Assembly: GCA_000320545.1 (NCBI GenBank)
Contig: ADNK01003454.1
Coordinates: 1-64,000, forward strand
Direction: 5' to 3'
DNA: 64,000 bases
DNA from: Bigelowiella natans CCMP2755
Taxonomy: Eukaryota > Protista > Cercozoa
Below, piece by piece: positions 28,600 through 40,779 of the stretch. The notes under the pieces were generated by a model that saw only the letters and a list, made by a program, of their open reading frames with translations, did no database searches and was not told the origin of the DNA. The translations under genes and the position numbers were made by a program. The first letter of the stretch is position 1, and each line of letters begins with the position of its first letter.

Positions 28600-28742
28600 A
28601 CAGAAATGCATTTATTTGCATTATATCCCTTTGGTTCTTCAGGTTTGCTAATCTCCACCTAGATGATGATGATAATGATGATGATGATGATGATGGTGCT
28701 GCTGATGATGATGATGTACACAGAGATGATATATGCTAGTGA

Positions 28743-28777
<35 letters not shown>

Positions 28778-28960
28778 GCAGCAACAGCCGCAGCGATTAT
28801 GTTTAATGTAGCATAGTTGTAATGTAGTCATTGATATCTACTTAGTTTGATAATTATCTTTTGATTCTGCCTTTTCATTATTAGCACTCCTGCTACGATG
28901 AGTGCGTTTTACAGGCAATCAACTTCCTCGTCATCATCATCATCATCGTCGGCAGCAGCA

Positions 28961-28992
<32 letters not shown>

Positions 28993-29916
28993 TTACCTGT
29001 ACTGTTGTACGGAGGGACAACGTTGCGTGATAGTAGGAGGGAGAAAGTCATCAGCAGATGAACAGCATGAGCCAACAGCACCAGCAGTACTTACAGCATA
29101 ATGCTGCTGCTGATGCTGATGATAAACACCAGGAAATATCCAGAGACCAAAGATCTGTAGTAGTAGTAGTAGCAGCAGTAGTAGTAGTAGTGGTACATTT
29201 AAACAGCATTTTATTTCAAAGATTGATGATGCATGCACATGTGGGAAGTGATGTTTGTGTTGTGTATTGTGCTCTTATTGTCTTCGTGTGTGTGCGTTTC
29301 TTCTTTTAAAAGCAGCAGCAGCAGCAGCAGCAGCAGCATCACAGTGCATTTGGTCAGTTTAAGAGAGTAGGAATTAAGATGATGACATCTATCGTCTGTT
29401 TCTTGTTGGATCCTTGTGTTTCCGCTTTAGAGATGGTGATATTTGGATTGTAGCAAGTAGTAGCCATTATTCCAAAGCAATCCAGATGATGATGATGATG
29501 ATGTTGTCTACATTGATATTATCATAAAACCAAAGAGTAGTATCATATTAACCACCAGCAGTTCCATTCAAAGCAGCAGCACTTGTTGTGTGCATGTTTG
29601 ATCATCATCGTTTGCATGATAACATTTAACAGCTTTCCACCAGAAACAACAACTCAACAACATCTACACACGTACTACAATGACGTCGGTTAGAAGTATT
29701 ATCGTCTTTATGCAAGGTGATGGTGATGATGATGATGATGACGATGATGATTATGGTGTACCAAGAATAGACAAATATAGTCAGAGGTGATATGATGATG
29801 TTTTCATCTCTCTATATAGTAGCATCTACAACTATGTTGCCTTCTTCAGGATTTGTTAAGGATCTATACTTAATCTACACATAATAAACTGAGACTACAT
29901 CATCTAGAAGCTGCTC

Positions 29917-29955
<39 letters not shown>

Positions 29956-31092
29956 GGGGGGGGGGGGGAGCGATTGAGTCTGACCATCATCATCATCTCA
30001 AATAATGTTCTACCTCTACTACTACTTCTACCACATCTACTACTACTAGTAGTAAGTGGTAGTAGTACGCGGTGCTGTCATTTCCCTCCTCCTCCCCACT
30101 CTAATGTATGTGCTACTCCTCGGTGTCTTTCTAATCTTCCTACTACTACTATTACTACTACTACTCACTTGGATGATGTTGGTGAAGAAGACATTCTACT
30201 ATACCATACCACTAATACTACAACAACAACTCACTTGGATGTTGGTGACATTCTCTGAAGAAAGTCTTGAATCTTGCTTCTTGCTGCCACTTGATCTAAC
30301 ACTTCTCCACGGCCATGGACGTATTCAGCAAACCATATCGAGTATGCCCTTGGGTATACATAATATATTTATATATACATATATATATATATATTTATGT
30401 ATATATATATACTTACTAGGACTGCATCATCGTGAGTGTGGGATGCATACAAAGGTTATCATATAAAAGGACGAATATATATTATTCCAAGATGTGATCA
30501 GGCTCTTTATGCTTTATCTGAAGCTAGACAACAACAATGATGGCACTGCCGCTCACATTGGATCGAATCCTGGGAAGAAAGAAGGAGAAGAAGTAGGAGG
30601 AAATACCACCCTCCTCCCCCCAGTGGCTGAAGAATATGAATAATGCTTTTCAACAGGAAGTAGTATCTGATTGGGGGACGACGAGGAGGAGGAGGAGGAG
30701 GAGGAGGAGGAGAACACAATACCACCCCGCCAAAAGGTATTGATAAAGTATTTTCTTCTCAACTCCGGCCGAACACTCAAATAGAAGTTTGCCAACGCTA
30801 GCAAAGACATGGCCGATTTGTTCTCCAAATGTAAGCTTGCCCATTTTCCTATTGAATGATGATGATCATATGCCACTTTCCATCATCTTCAAAGATCTAA
30901 CTATTGCAGTTTGGGAAGGGGATCATAACCACAATAAATGTGCGGTGTATTATAGTATTACGATGACGATGGATTCTTGCAAACTCGTCCAGATCTAGCT
31001 GCCCGCTGCTCGCCGCGGCACTTGAAACCGCTAATCTCTTGTCACTTCGTAATGAACACGCACACACACACACACACACACATATACACAGA

Positions 31093-31171
<79 letters not shown>

Positions 31172-31400
31172 TAATTCCACACCCTTTCTCACATTAACAT
31201 ACACATGCACACCACGCTACTTTTACCGCTCTTGAATTGGTATAAATGCTGTCGTCAGTGTATTGGAACAGCTTGCAGTAGGATAAATAACTTTATCTGC
31301 TTCAATAAAGCCGATGTACAGAAATGCGATGATCATCATCAGCCATATCGCCCCCCGCAGTGCTACGACTACTCCTCCATTAGGTAGAATTGAATCCAAG
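28600..31400 (-). CDS. Multi-exon hypothetical protein with probable signal peptide; ends uncertain
   Basis: In-phase exons GAIWLMMIIAFLYIGFIEADKVIYPTASC...QER / DKRLAVSSAAASSGQLDLDEFARIH / RKWASLHLENKSAM...FINTFWR / GFDP / MAYSIWFAEYVHGRGEVLDQVAARSKIQDFLQRMSPTSK. Confidence 0.55.
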
Positions 31401-32127
31401 ACCCAGGTGCACACAGAAATGCTATTCCTCTGTCTTCCTCTTCTTACTTTTATTCTCAACATTTAATTTTCAGCTACACTTTGTGTTAGTGAAGGAGATA
31501 TTTCTCCAAGTTCCCTCCACATCCTCTTCCCTCCCCCTCCTCCTGCTCAGGACTAATCAAATCAGTAGTGGGTTTTGAGACTGATCAATAAAGGCTCCCT
31601 TTATATTCAAACGACAATATTTTCGCATTGTCGCACCATATAGACATCTTCTTTTCATGCTTCTAGTGCTCACGTACATCCTTTGTTGTCGCAGTATGTA
31701 AATTCGATGTGTTTTGTATAGTGCGACATCGGATTATCATCTTCAAAGTCTAGAAAGTAGCAATATATTCATCATTGCTGATTTGCTCTCGGAACGGAAC
31801 GTCACGACGGAATCACCGGCACAGAGAAAGATCGAGGAAGAACAAGAGGAGGAGGAGGAGGAGGAGGAGAAGGAGGAGAAGGAGGATAAACAGCACATGA
31901 TGATGGGGGGTAATTTGGAGAATGATGTGATAAAAAGCACAAAAAGAAATTTGGAGAGATTGAAATTGGTATTCCTCTCTCCCCCCTCTCCTCCCCCTCT
32001 ATGGGTGTGTGCGTCTGTGCGTTTGTATGTGCGTCTGTGTGTGTGCGTTTGTGACTGTGTGGCTGTGTTCCAGTTGCTTAATCATAGTCAAATCTTATTT
32101 TAATTCGTAGAAAGTAGTAACATCTTT

Positions 32128-33081
32128 ATGGAAGGCCCTTCTCATAGATTTCACGGCGACGGCAAGGTAAGAACAGCGTTAAGAAGTTATAATAACATTT
32201 GAGCTAACCTACTGATAACTGCAATGAAATAGTATTCAGGTGATGGGGGAGAAGACCTTGAGAAACTATGGAAGGCCTTTGCGTGGAAGGAAATACGCGG
32301 CTGTCCGGGACGTTTTATTTCACGAAACAGACGAATACGGTCTCTCGCCCCACGTGCTATTCTTGCGGAGGCCAGTTGTGGCCATGACGTGGCGGAAAAT
32401 AAAACCTGCGTAGCACGTAATAAAGATATTAACGGCAGAAATCTTAGTAGTGTAGGCCCAGTCGTACCTTTTTGAGTATGCGCTTGAGTTACTGTTATTA
32501 AATTTAGCCTCCGACTTTGTTTTCTCATTCAGAGTCATCATCATCGACATTGGCGCCTTCTCCTCCTCCTTTGACGTTCTTCTTCAACAGCATGCGCAAG
32601 CAAGGGAGGGATCCTATGGATATAGTTCTGTTTGAAACGGGTGGCGGACTAATTACGTACCGAAAACATATAGCTGGGGCTCCTGAAATAGCGACTGTCG
32701 AGCCCGAGGTTGTACCTTTGTATTAATACTTTTCCCATAGTCACTCACCTATGCAATCAATTTATTGTTTTCTTTTTAAAAATAAGAGAATTTTGCAATT
32801 TAAAAAAATGTTTTGAGGCCTGAGAGAGTAAAAAATTGCCGGATAAGCAGCAGGGCAAGGAACTACTATTCGTGCACACTCTAAACACTGAGTCAGGCAT
32901 GATTCGGAAGCTTCTCGATTTGGGAATGGAAAAAGAAACTTTGATGGTGGCATTCTCCAGGAGTACTCTTATGAGGCAAAGAGTCTTTCCGCTAACAATT
33001 ATTTTGGCTTTCTTGGAATCTTCGGAAAGATCACGAACGGCTGCACGAGTCGTTACTTCGATGTATTCTGCATTTATGTGA
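32128..33081 (+). CDS. Conserved-looking hypothetical protein (W-KEIRGCPGR / GGGLITYRK / VHTLNTESG-RKL motifs), 4 exons
   Basis: MEGPSHRFHGDGK / YSGDGGEDLEKLWKAFAWKEIRGCPGRFIS... / ...RDPMDIVLFETGGGLITYRKH...EPE / GKELLFVHTLNTESGMIRKLLDLG...* joined by GT-AG introns in phase. Confidence 0.75.
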
Positions 33082-33838
33082 ATTGAAAAGAATTTTTATG
33101 TCTGCCTTCAAATAATTCAATACAAGACTATGGTAGATCAACATCTGCCATTGTTCTTGTAAAATCTGCGAGCTGTGCGTAAAAAGCAGTGCGAATGCGT
33201 GCATTTGTTGTGTTTAGCTCAATTTTGTTGCGCCGGTACATGCACATGTCCACAAACCTAGAGACGCAATAGCATGCTATTATAGACATGTAATACGATA
33301 TATATAATATATATCATATTACTGATTATTGCTAGCATGTACATGACAATTTTATAGGGACTTGTGAGTTCACATACGTGTCTAGGTGTACACGGGTATG
33401 AACACATGTTCATTGTCGTTCTTCATGTGCACTAAAAAAGCACGTGTACTGATACATATGTGTTCATGTGCACGCTGTATTGTGCTGCACGTGAGGTCAT
33501 AGGTACATGTGAAATGGTTGATGCACATGTCACAGACAACATACACGCATGCGGGGACTCATGATCGAGTCCACACATTTTACAATTTTGCTGGGCTAGG
33601 CATGTTGCATAATGTTGTTTAGTTTGTAATGCTCTTGCATGCATGAACATCACTGCGCGCGCAAGCTGCTCGAGGCATGTCTCGATTGCATGTGGATGAT
33701 GAGAGTGAGGCATGTGTCTCTCATGCGCATGTTCGCGTAAACACACGTCTAGACGTGCACTGTGCAATGGTCCAATGTGCACATGGTGTTTCATTTCTGC
33801 ACACTAGCACACACACACCAAACAATTGCTACACTCGC

Positions 33839-33928
33839 TTGGATCGAGACAGTGCATCGTCGCAGTTCGCTTCGCCAGTTCGTAGCATGCACGCATCTCT
33901 GCTCATGCGACGCACTGTTTCGATCCAA
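33839..33928. repeat. 90-bp inverted-repeat element (21-bp arms, 2 mismatches), possible miniature MITE relic
   Basis: ttggatcgagacagtgcatcg (33839-33859) versus cgacgcactgtttcgatccaa (33908-33928). Confidence 0.65.
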
Positions 33929-34789
33929 TGCGAATGCAATTGCAGACACAGTGACAGCATGCATGTCATGTGCATGACATCACATGTCCATTGTCGCAGT
34001 CGAACCCAGCAGAAACGCATGGAAGTGCACCGCACTGTTCCAGTGTTCATTACATCCATGCTCATTTTTGCAATGCGTTCACATAATAGACACAGTAATA
34101 TCATATATAGTATATATATGGTATTACATGTCTACAATTGTCTATAATTCACACAGCGCAAGCTACCAAGGTTTGGGTACCTGCGTGCCTGCTAGCCACA
34201 ACACATGTGTCTAGATCTAGAGATGTCTACCAGATGTAACAAGCTAGCTAGCACATTCTAGCATTCATTACCGTGCATGGAAAAAACAGCATGCAAGTCG
34301 TAGCATCACAAAAGCACTTGGACGGCGCATGCAGCTTGCGCGCACTGCAGACTGTGATAACACGCAGAATCGAAATAGGCATGCCAACATGCTGCAATTT
34401 GTGCACACCGCATGCGCATGTTCATGATTGTTCATTTATTTATCCAGCTGTCCTAACTAGATGTGCTTGTGAGGTCACATCTGCATCACCGCTTTGCACA
34501 TGACTAGGTGTGTGCAGTTTCCATTGAAACCTAGTATAACGCATCACTAATTACGCCACCGCATTGGCTACACATGTAAAGCTATTATTAAACACGGCTT
34601 TGTGATTAATATGCGATTACCGACATTTGTAAGTCATTCTTTATTTATTATTCATTACTGTAGCAGCAATGAATAAAAAAACAGTTTTACATCAATCCAT
34701 GCTCATGTTTAGACTGTATGCGTGCAGGTGATGCCCAGTAATGCTTAATAATGATCGATGCAGCTGTCGCCTGGAGTCATAATAACCTA

Positions 34790-35975
34790 TTATTTGCACT
34801 CTGTTTCAGTGCTCCACCTCTCAATGTTCGTTGCATTCCACTTCTTCATTAGGTAGGAATGCACGGTCCACCAATTCTTTACCATTTCAGGGAATTGTTG
34901 CTGGTGCATCTTCTGATACTCGCTATTTTCTAAGTCGATCGAATGCTTTAGACCCAAGAACTTTTGGATTCGCTTCAAAATTTCTTCTTTATCACTGCAT
35001 AGTGCAGAATAGTGAACATCTAAAACTAGCTCTTCACTAACAAAGTTGAGTAACTTATTGCGAGTATCCGCCTCCTTTCCAAACCACTTCATGCAGTGGT
35101 CCCAGTACTTCGGGTCGATCCACCATTTCTTCTTCTCAGTCCAACCATCTTTTTCTCCCTTTCTATCGTGCACATTCATATTTATCAAGTGCCTTTGGTA
35201 CATATCATAGAGCGAGTAGCACTGACGAAGATAGTTGTCCCTCCGTAGATTGATGACTTTTATGCTATGATTATTAAGGTATGCAGCCACTTGAGAGATA
35301 CGATTTTCAGGAAGTTGATTCACCATCCACTTTAGAGCCACATATTGCTTCGCTGGCATGGGATCCGAACTGAGTAACTTGTCCAGAATCGATGGGAATT
35401 CATCAGAATGCATACTGGTGAGTTGCAGCTGATCATTAGCTTCCCCCTCGTGGAATCGAATAAAGCAGGTCGACAGCTCGTGAGAGCTTCTGAAACACTC
35501 CCCATCATGGAATCTTACATCCGGATGTCCTTCAAATAAATCACTGAGCCAGGTGGATCCACTGCGCTGCACAGAAAGGATAATAAAATTCTTCCAATCT
35601 TGTTCTTTATTTGCATCTGTTTTTTTCACGGTAAACGTCCCCTTGCTCTCAATTAAACTAATATTTGAATCGCGGGAGATGTCTATATTGTCCACCCGAT
35701 CTTTCAGGCCAATCTCTTCTAAAATCGATGAAAATACCTACAATGAAACCAACAATCAAAACGTTGGCGGTCAATTGCTATCCTCATACCTCGGAAGAAG
35801 GGAATTGTGTATTTAGGCCATCTCGGATTGGTACAGCTACAGATTCTGTGTTTTTTGGCGTCTTCTGCAGGGCCTCAGTAAGCATAGCTAGGGGAACCAG
35901 GTATGTCACAAGCATGACAAATTCGGGGGAGGGGCTGGATTGAGTCAACTCCAGTTTCGGATATGACAAGCCCAA
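34790..35975 (-). CDS. Sulfotransferase of the Stf0-like (PAPS-dependent, P-loop) family; start uncertain
   Basis: 5'-PSB loop FIILSVQRSGSTWLSDLFEGHPDV, 3'-PB motif KVINLRRDNYLRQCYS and C-terminal VHYSALCSDKEEILKRIQKFLGL. One short intron at about 35738-35789 links an upstream exon. Confidence 0.85.
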
Positions 35976-36220
35976 TCAATTAAAAATATGGAGATTGAGG
36001 CCAGTTTTATTGACGTACATAAAATATCCACTTCATTTTCCATTATTTGTGTAATTCATCGGGGATTTGCCGTCCTTGATATTGAAGTGCAGTATCAATA
36101 CCGAGGCACACTCTCTCCCAGAAGTTTTGAGGTGTTCGCCACATTACGAGTAGTATTTTCAGCCGAATAAATATAATATTCATCCGAAATTTTATAGGCG
36201 TATTTAGTATGATGTTCAAT

Positions 36221-36255
<35 letters not shown>

Positions 36256-36327
36256 TTCCCAGCCCCATGATGATACCCCTCAGTAATCATACTACCTTAT
36301 ACCCCTCCTTTATCTTGCTTGAACTAG

Positions 36328-36670
36328 ATCTGTTCTATGTTTTCTATCAGCCATTACTACGCTCATTGCAGCCGCAGCAATGGTGCGTGGGGAGGTGGGA
36401 CAATTTCCAGATAGTGTTGCGGTCATCGACAGCGGTTCTTACCAGGTTCTGCGCTGAGCCTGATCATGATAATCGTGGCGAGAATAACCCTAATCATGAT
36501 GTATAACGATACTAAAAATCATATGATTGCTCTTTTAAAAGCACATCGTCATGGATTCTGAGCATATGTGGATGCTGAAGTTCTACAGCGACGTAATTAG
36601 CTGCTGCTGCTGCTGCTACAATTTAGAATAATACTCTGTGTGCTTAGGGATAATAATTAGGAAGAGTGGA

Positions 36671-36717
<47 letters not shown>

Positions 36718-36718
36718 A

Positions 36719-36762
<44 letters not shown>

Positions 36763-37495
36763 GGGGGGGGTGGGGGATGGAGACGAGAAAGAGAGCAGTC
36801 AGGGAACAACCAGAAACCTACAGTCACTACAGGCACTACAGGAACTTGAGTTGTTGCCCTTTCTTTGACTCTTTATCCGCTGTGTTGTGATGTGCGCTTA
36901 CTGCCTAATAAATGGTATGAATATCATCACTATCGTTACCACCAGATGTGTGGCAGCTGCGCGGAGTTTCAGCCTCTCTGGGAGCATCTAACGGGGGAAT
37001 CCAATCTCGGGAAATCGTTAAAAATTGGTGTTGTACCCATTGATGAGCCGGAGGGCCTTTCACTTGCAAAAGAGCTTGAGGTGATGACCCATTCATCATC
37101 CAGCACGATTAAATAACTTGACATATTACATCTATTGAACGATCAGTTATCCTGTTTCCCTCTAAATTAAATGATTAAGGCTCCTATGAAATATCGTTAT
37201 GTGTGTATAAATCTAGTGGGGATGGAGGTAGCGACGACAGAGTTTTTGCATAGCTTTCGTTTATACACGCACGCACTCACGTGGCAACCAAATAACACAT
37301 TTGCTCATCTATGGACTTTATTTGGAAACATTATGCGTGTGTTTATGTAGATTTTGGAACATGGTCTGCCTGTCGTTATCCTAGCATCGAATCCATTTGA
37401 CAGAGAGGACTTTCAAATTCTGTACTTAGTTCTCCCTATGCCTCGCTATATTCTTAAACCATTCCAATATCAAGCAATGTCCTTGATTCCTCTGA

Positions 37496-37573
<78 letters not shown>

Positions 37574-37841
37574 CATTTGGCACAAATATTAATGTGGATC
37601 AGCCGTACTTAAAATTTAATATTTTTCCTGATATTTTCCACATTCTAACCAGGATTTATTATAAGCATCCACGATACAATCTAGTAATTTATGTTCGCAC
37701 ATTTTCAGTCACGCTGGTGGGGATAGTGAGACATTGCCGGAGAAATCTGAGCTAGATCGTAGACTTAACGATTTGCTTCATGACAACGATTCTCTTCAAA
37801 AGGATGAAGAAGGCTTCTACCTTAAAAATAGTCCGATATGA
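36328..37841 (+). CDS. Secreted thioredoxin/PDI-fold protein with a CGSC active site; start codon exon not located
   Basis: Exons 36328-36445, 36542-36592, 36946-37080, 37351-37421 and 37709-37841 give SVLCFLSAITTLIAAAAMVRGEVGQFPDSVAVIDSGSYQHIVMDSEHMWMLKFYSDMCGSCAEFQPLWEHL...LKIGVVPIDEPEGLSLAKELEILEHGLPVVIL...YLKNSPI*. Confidence 0.85.
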
Positions 37842-37980
37842 GGCATCGAGAATAGACGCATGATCTAGATGATGCCTTATGTGCATGTCATAGCACCGAT
37901 TGGGACGATGGAAGAAAGCTTCACGAACTTAATTTTCTGCATGATCCATGGCATTTCTGAGCAGAAAAAGGCGCAATGCA

Positions 37981-39825
37981 TTGATCACGTCTAGACGTGT
38001 CGCTCACCAATCTCTGTGCAATGCGGCACATCACATGTCCACATGTGGGTGTGTGTTTGCATGTGTGTTCATGATTTCATGTGTTTGCATGTGGCGTGTG
38101 CATGCAGATGTGCTAGGCAGAACTTGATGATCGACAGCTAGAGGCACAGCTTTCATGTGACAGTGCTGTGCTGCTGCTGTTGGTCATTGGAACCAAAAGT
38201 GATCAGAGAAAATCCAGAGAAACCACTTGCGACGCTGTCCACAAGCTTCCGCGAACACCCGCACTGGCACAGCACAACACCCAGACACGAAGCTGACGTT
38301 GATGCCACGAATGTTTTGCACGTCGTGCGCATCGCCAGGTTTGTGACACTCTGGCTAGCTGGACATTGCGATGCGCTTGCCGTGCGCTGATGGTCCAGTG
38401 GTGCAATTGTCCCTCTGCGCCGCGCTTGCGCCCGCAACACGTCGCGCAACATCGGAACAATTGACGGAAAGTGTGAACCTTTGATGAACACCATTGAACA
38501 TCAAACAATTGGCATCAGTGTCAATCCCCATTGACACTGAGGATGCAGGATCATCTGCACAATCACCGGCGCCGTCGCCGGTGTGATTCCTGCCTGGTCT
38601 CAACAATTGCGAATGCCAGAACTCCGTCTGAAACATCACCCGATTGGGCAACACCCTCTCGACGCTGTCTTGCCTCTCCCCACCTCGCACCGACACCTCC
38701 CTGGGGTCGTTGCTTGCTCTTCGTCCTCTTCGCATCTCTGCCTCCACTTCCTTTCGGCCCACCGCCGTTCAGTTCGATCACGGAGGTGTGATTGCCGTTT
38801 GCCAACTGCAATCCCCTCCGTTCACTTCCCTCTCTGTCGGTCTCCTAGACTTGATTTGACACGGAGGCAATCCCCTCCGTTCGCTTCCCTCTGTGTCGAT
38901 TGAACGGAGGCAATCCCCTCCGTTTGATCCCCTCCCTGTTGACCATTTGTTGATGACAATGACAAACTTGCTGCTCCTGTCGCAGCCCCCTTTGGCAACC
39001 AACTTGTTGCCCCCGCACCATTGCGACAACCGCTTGTCGCAATGTGATGATGACCACAATGATGATGACCGCAACGACAACCGCTCGTCGTGAAGCCGGT
39101 CACGTCCCAAGCGCCCCCCACCAACGGGCCGCCAAACAGGCGCCAATGTGGGCGCCAATGCAACCAAACAGGCGCCAATGTGGGCGCCAACGTGACGACA
39201 ACAGGCGCCCACAAGCGCCACGCCACGTCCGCATGTCCGCCGCAACCAGGCGCGACACGCATGTGCACACGTGTCAGGATGATGTGCAACTGCAAGTGGT
39301 GCACAAGCAACACGGCGCGCGTCCAACACCAGAACCAGAGAACACAAAGCGCAGCACTGCTGCTGCGAACAAGCACAAAAAAAGGTTGACTTCGGGAACA
39401 AACGAAACCACGAAGCACACTCCAGCACTGGAGAGGGAGAAAGGATCGTTGGACACCACTTCGTCTGACACAACACAGAAAATGTCGTGCACTTCCAGAC
39501 TTGAACCGTGAAAACGTTGAACTTGAATTGACAACATTGAGAGTGCACTCTTCCAACACCAGAGTGCAAGAACGTTCTCCATTCCAAGCATTGCTTCCTC
39601 GAACCGACGTGATGATTGCTCATGGCCCTGGCAACAACACACCGGAGGTGCAAGAGACTCAATCCACAAATGAAAGTCACAACCGTGGACCATTGCAGAC
39701 AGGACAATTTGCTGACGAACACGTTGAACTTCGCATCGGTGCTGAACCCACACGAGCAAGAACCACTGCGACAAAAGGATTGGCATGAAGCAGCGCCTGT
39801 GCAAACTTCAGGAGAATGAGTGGAG
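37981..39825. other. TpA-depleted island (unidentified repeat, transposon or pseudogene relic with internal hairpins and direct repeats)
   Basis: Hand count finds 5 TA dinucleotides in about 1840 bp, all within CTAG, and none at all from 38850 to 39825. Confidence 0.9.
38780..38924. repeat. Array of alternating ACGGAGG / CCTCCGT inverted motifs within a short direct repeat
   Basis: acggaggcaatcccctccgt at 38861-38880 and 38904-38923, plus a longer-loop version at 38780-38821. caatcccctccgttcRcttccctctStgtcg occurs twice. Confidence 0.8.
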
Positions 39826-40779
39826 TAGAGAATGTCAGGCGAAAACAGCACTAACGCGAAAGAAATTGGGTCAATTTTGTGAAATCGCATTTGAATCTAA
39901 TTTCACCTAAAAGGGGTTTGGAGGAAAAGGAAAAGGAGCTCTTCTTCTACTGTGGGACCCTCTCGGACGCTAGCTTTTCTTCTTAACTGTCTCTTCCAAC
40001 GATGCTGTGAGCTTTTCTCATTGTCGCGACTTCAAAACAGCCAGCCTCTCGCCTCAATACAGTCATCGTCCAAACAATTTTGATCTTGCAAGCAACCAGT
40101 CACCAACACGATCCCCCCTTTTCGCAGGCTCTGTGGATCTTCATGGTGCGGATGGCACATGCACAGCATCTACAACTCGCAAAAAATGAATCTGGCAGAG
40201 AGAAATAGTAAGGAAAAGACAAATATGTTTTTCCTGATACCCTTGTTTGCTTCATGAATTTTGAAGGCAAAGTGAAACAAGGGAGGAGCTAGTAACTTAC
40301 TTCAACACTTCAACGATACGATGATTTCCAAAGGCCAACCCGGCCAAGAAGCTGAAAAGTACACAACTTCATGACTCATGGAAAAACTAGCACACTCCGG
40401 CACTGTTCATGCGGTTGGACTTGAATCCTATGAGAGTCTGCACACGATGTTTGAGATTTCATCACATAGTCCTCTCATTTTGAAATAATTCTGGCTTATC
40501 TTCTCTGATTATAAAGTTATAATTATCCTTCATTTCTTGTTCTGGAAATGTTCAGATTTTTCAAAGATATCTGGAACTGGAAGGTGATGTCCTTCCATCC
40601 GCCATGTACATGTACACGTACATGTTTATACGTGAACATGTTTGTTTGGAGTCGAGGGGAGCCGCATTTTAAAACCCTGTGTGAAGTGTGAAGATGATGC
40701 CTACATGTCACCCATTGCAAATAAGAAATTCTTACTTACTACTGACACTTGTGGATTGCACATGGTTTTGTTGTTTTTA

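Noticed and set aside
38780-39215. CRISPR-like array
   Set aside because: Only 2-3 units, related or irregular spacers, eukaryotic context and no cas genes.
37981-39825. Methyl-CpG decay or fungal RIP as the explanation for the TG/CA excess
   Set aside because: Both would deplete CG or increase TA. Here CG is plentiful and TA is nearly absent.
37981-39825. Bacterial contamination or a horizontally acquired GC-rich insert
   Set aside because: No coherent gene or codon structure, gradual rather than sharp compositional edges, and AT-rich stretches in comparable islands also lack TA.
38153-39890. Many overlapping long ORFs (370, 245, 176, 155 and 135 aa) in several frames
   Set aside because: Loss of TA removes TAA and most TAG stops on both strands. 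The products are Cys/His-rich, almost Tyr-free and without motifs, so they are by-products of the TA depletion.
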